Shown here piece after piece: positions 61,525-64,000 of a DNA stretch of 64,000 bases. The stretch is from Eledone cirrhosa. Lineage: Eukaryota. The notes below the pieces were generated by a model. It saw only the letters and a list, made by a program, of their open reading frames with translations, did no database searches and had not been told where the DNA came from. The translations under genes were made by a program, and so were the position numbers. Each line of letters begins with the position of its first letter. Position 1 is the first letter of the stretch. Location: assembly GCA_964016885.1 (NCBI GenBank), contig OZ024747.1:43028001-43092000 (forward strand). Direction: 5' to 3'.

Positions 61525-63480
61525 TAATTATTTCTACTTATGGTACAAGGCCAGCAAATACCCAGTGCATTACTGGTACTTTATTTTATCGACCCTGTAA
61601 GGATGAAAGGTAAAGTTAACCTCAGTGGGATTTGAACTCAGACCTTAAAGGGACGTAACTATGCTGGAAAGCATGGCGTCCGACCCTCTACCGATACTAA
61701 TAATAATAATAATTGTTTCTACTTTCGACACAAGGCCAGCAATTATCCCAGTGCATTACTGGTACTTTATTTTATCGACCTCGTAAGGATGAAAGGCAAA
61801 GGTAACCTTGGTGGGATTTGAACTCGCCAAGGTTAACTTTGCCTTTCATCCTTACGAGGTCCTCGGTGGGATTTGAACTCAGAACGTAAAAGGCCATAAC
61901 TCTATGCAGCAAAGCATGGCGTCAAAAGGTAAAAACATAATGTGATTTAACCTGCTCCCTTTCTATTCCTTTTTTGTTTTGTCTCGACTAAAATATGTGG
62001 TCTACTAAGGAACTGTACACAGTTGATTATTTTATTCTATTTTTCTAAGATTTTACTAATACCATATGTGCCGTTAGAAGCTCAGTGCTTGCTCTAGGTA
62101 TTCAGCCACTTCTACCTATCTCTTAACCTACAGCATATTTCTTTGTTGCTGATCATTTCAAACAGCAGTAAAAATTCTATTTTCTCTCCTTGCATGAGGT
62201 AAAAACATAACTTGGTTGAAACTGCTCCTTTTCATGAAATAGAGATTTAAAAAATGTGTGGTATGAAATCCATCGCTATCTCAGTTATAGTTGGAAAACT
62301 AAGGAACTGACAAATTCTTGGATCACATACCTGGTAAACCTTGTATAAAAGAAATTCAGTAAATCATACCCACATTTTACGAAGAGCATTGTCAATGTAA
62401 TTTTGGGAAAGCAAACTGTGATGTATCTTGTATGTGACACATTCATGGACCAAACTTTGCACTGTATCCATTATATTTTGTATTCTCTCCTGGTTTTAAA
62501 TGTGCATACATTTGTAAAAGGACTGTTTAACCTGTAAATACTCTAATTGGTTTTACTGACTATATCTGTAAATATTGTATATAGACCTTTTGAATCTATG
62601 AATATCCTCTGTGTGTGCTTATGTATGTGTGTATAGGATGCATTGTTACTGGTTCTCTTAAACTCTCAACAAAATAGCAACAGTTATGTATGGTGCTGAG
62701 GAAAAATGTGTTGTAACAAACTATCACCCACCCAAGGCCCCTGCTTGAGACTTGACAGGATTTATGTGATGGTACAGATATCCAAGAAAATAATTGTTTC
62801 TACTTTTGGCACAAGGCCAGCAAATACCCAGTGTATTACTGGTACTTTATTTTATTGACCCCGTAAGGATGAAAGGTAAAGTTAACCTCGGCGGGATTTG
62901 AACTCAGACCATAAAGGGCCATAACTCTTTGCTGCAAAGCATGGCGTCCGATCCTCTACCGATACTGTCAATTCACGAAAATAATAACAACAATAACAAC
63001 AATAATTGTTTCTACTTTTGGCACAAGGCCAGCAATTACCCCAGTGTATTACTGGTACTTTATTTTATCAACCTCCGTAAGGTTGAAAGGCAAAGTTAAC
63101 CTCGGCGGGATTTGAACTCAAAACGTAAAGGGCCATCACTCTATACTGCAAAGCATGGTGTCTGACGCTGTACTGATACTGCTAAACCACCGCCCTAACA
63201 ATAATAACGATAATAATTGAATCTACTTTTGGCACAAAGCCAGCAATTTGAAGGGAAGGGGAAAGTTAATTAAATCCACCTAAGTGCATTACTGGTACCT
63301 TACTTTATTGATCCTGTAAGGATGAAAAGCAAAGCTAACTTTGGCAGGATTTGAACTCAGAACGTAAAGGGCCATAACTCTGTGCTGCAAAGCATTATTG
63401 TCCGATCTACCAATACTGCCAATAACAATACTAATAATAGTAATGGTTTCTGATTCAGGCACAAGGCCAGCAATTTGATG
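61525..63480 (-). mobile_element. Cluster of about 6 co-oriented family-2 SINEs
   Basis: Copies near 61527, 61710, 62790, 63002, 63212 and 63440, mostly separated by (AAT/AAC)n. Confidence 0.85.
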
Positions 63481-63614
63481 GAAAGGGAAAAACTTATTAA
63501 CTTATCACCCTATTAATAAAACAAACACTCATCAGTCTTACAATCTCACTGTTTTCACTGTCTCACTGTCTCTATCACTCTCTCTCTCACTATCTATCTA
63601 TCTATCTATCTATC

Positions 63615-64000
63615 TGTCCGAGGTGCGTACGAGACGAAGAAACCGTCGCACACGCATTCATACACTTCCCGGGCGTCACTGACCTGTGGGGCTATGTAGA
63701 ACGACTATTGTCACGGGTGGGACCAATCCGGTTGACCGCCGAGTCCATTGTCATGATCAAACCGCCACCCTCCTTCAAAAACGAAGGAGAGGCGGTTTTC
63801 CTTTGTGTGATAGCTATGGCGAAAGAGGTTGTATGGTGGACAATGTTGAAAGGGCTGAGGTCAGACACCTTTCTCTCCGGCCAACAACTGATTCTTTTTT
63901 TCAAATACCACTTTGGAAGAAGAATCAGGATGGAGAGAGAGGTGCTATACCCCAGCAAGTTTTATGAAAGGTGGGTGAAAGTGGCGAGAATGGCCCGAGT
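63615..64000 (+). mobile_element. L1/Tx1-clade LINE C-terminal fragment, open to window end
   Basis: Stop-free frame CPRCVRDEETVAHAFIHFPGVTDLW...KFYERW; begins at a (TATC)n tract. Confidence 0.75.

Noticed and set aside
61927-62312. Diverged direct repeat ~270 bp apart
   Set aside because: No ribozyme core or ORF found; too weak to interpret.

Overview
AT-rich, microsatellite-dense animal genomic DNA; the SINE/LINE content suggests an octopus/cephalopod (inference). One multi-exon + strand gene spans 3.5-50.3 kb: an EFHC1/RIB72-family gene (three DM10 domains plus a C-terminal EF-hand pair). I reconstructed 10 exons with GT-AG junctions and consistent phases, plus one candidate in-frame cassette exon; the first coding exon was not found. 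The rest is mostly repeats: RTE LINEs, tRNA-derived SINEs, Helitrons, MITEs and Tx1/Vingi/CRE-like remnants. The most interesting signal is non-coding: about a dozen type I minimal hammerhead ribozyme motifs (stem I-CUGANGA-stem II-GAAA-short stem III-UH-stem I') from several families. Most sit in head-to-head palindromes, often within (TA)n tracts. One family is physically linked to a Penelope-like GIY-YIG endonuclease remnant, and one forms a 468-nt retrozyme-like unit. A second covarying hairpin recurs about 50-60 nt downstream of the cleavage site across families. All structures were read by eye; no folding or searches were run.
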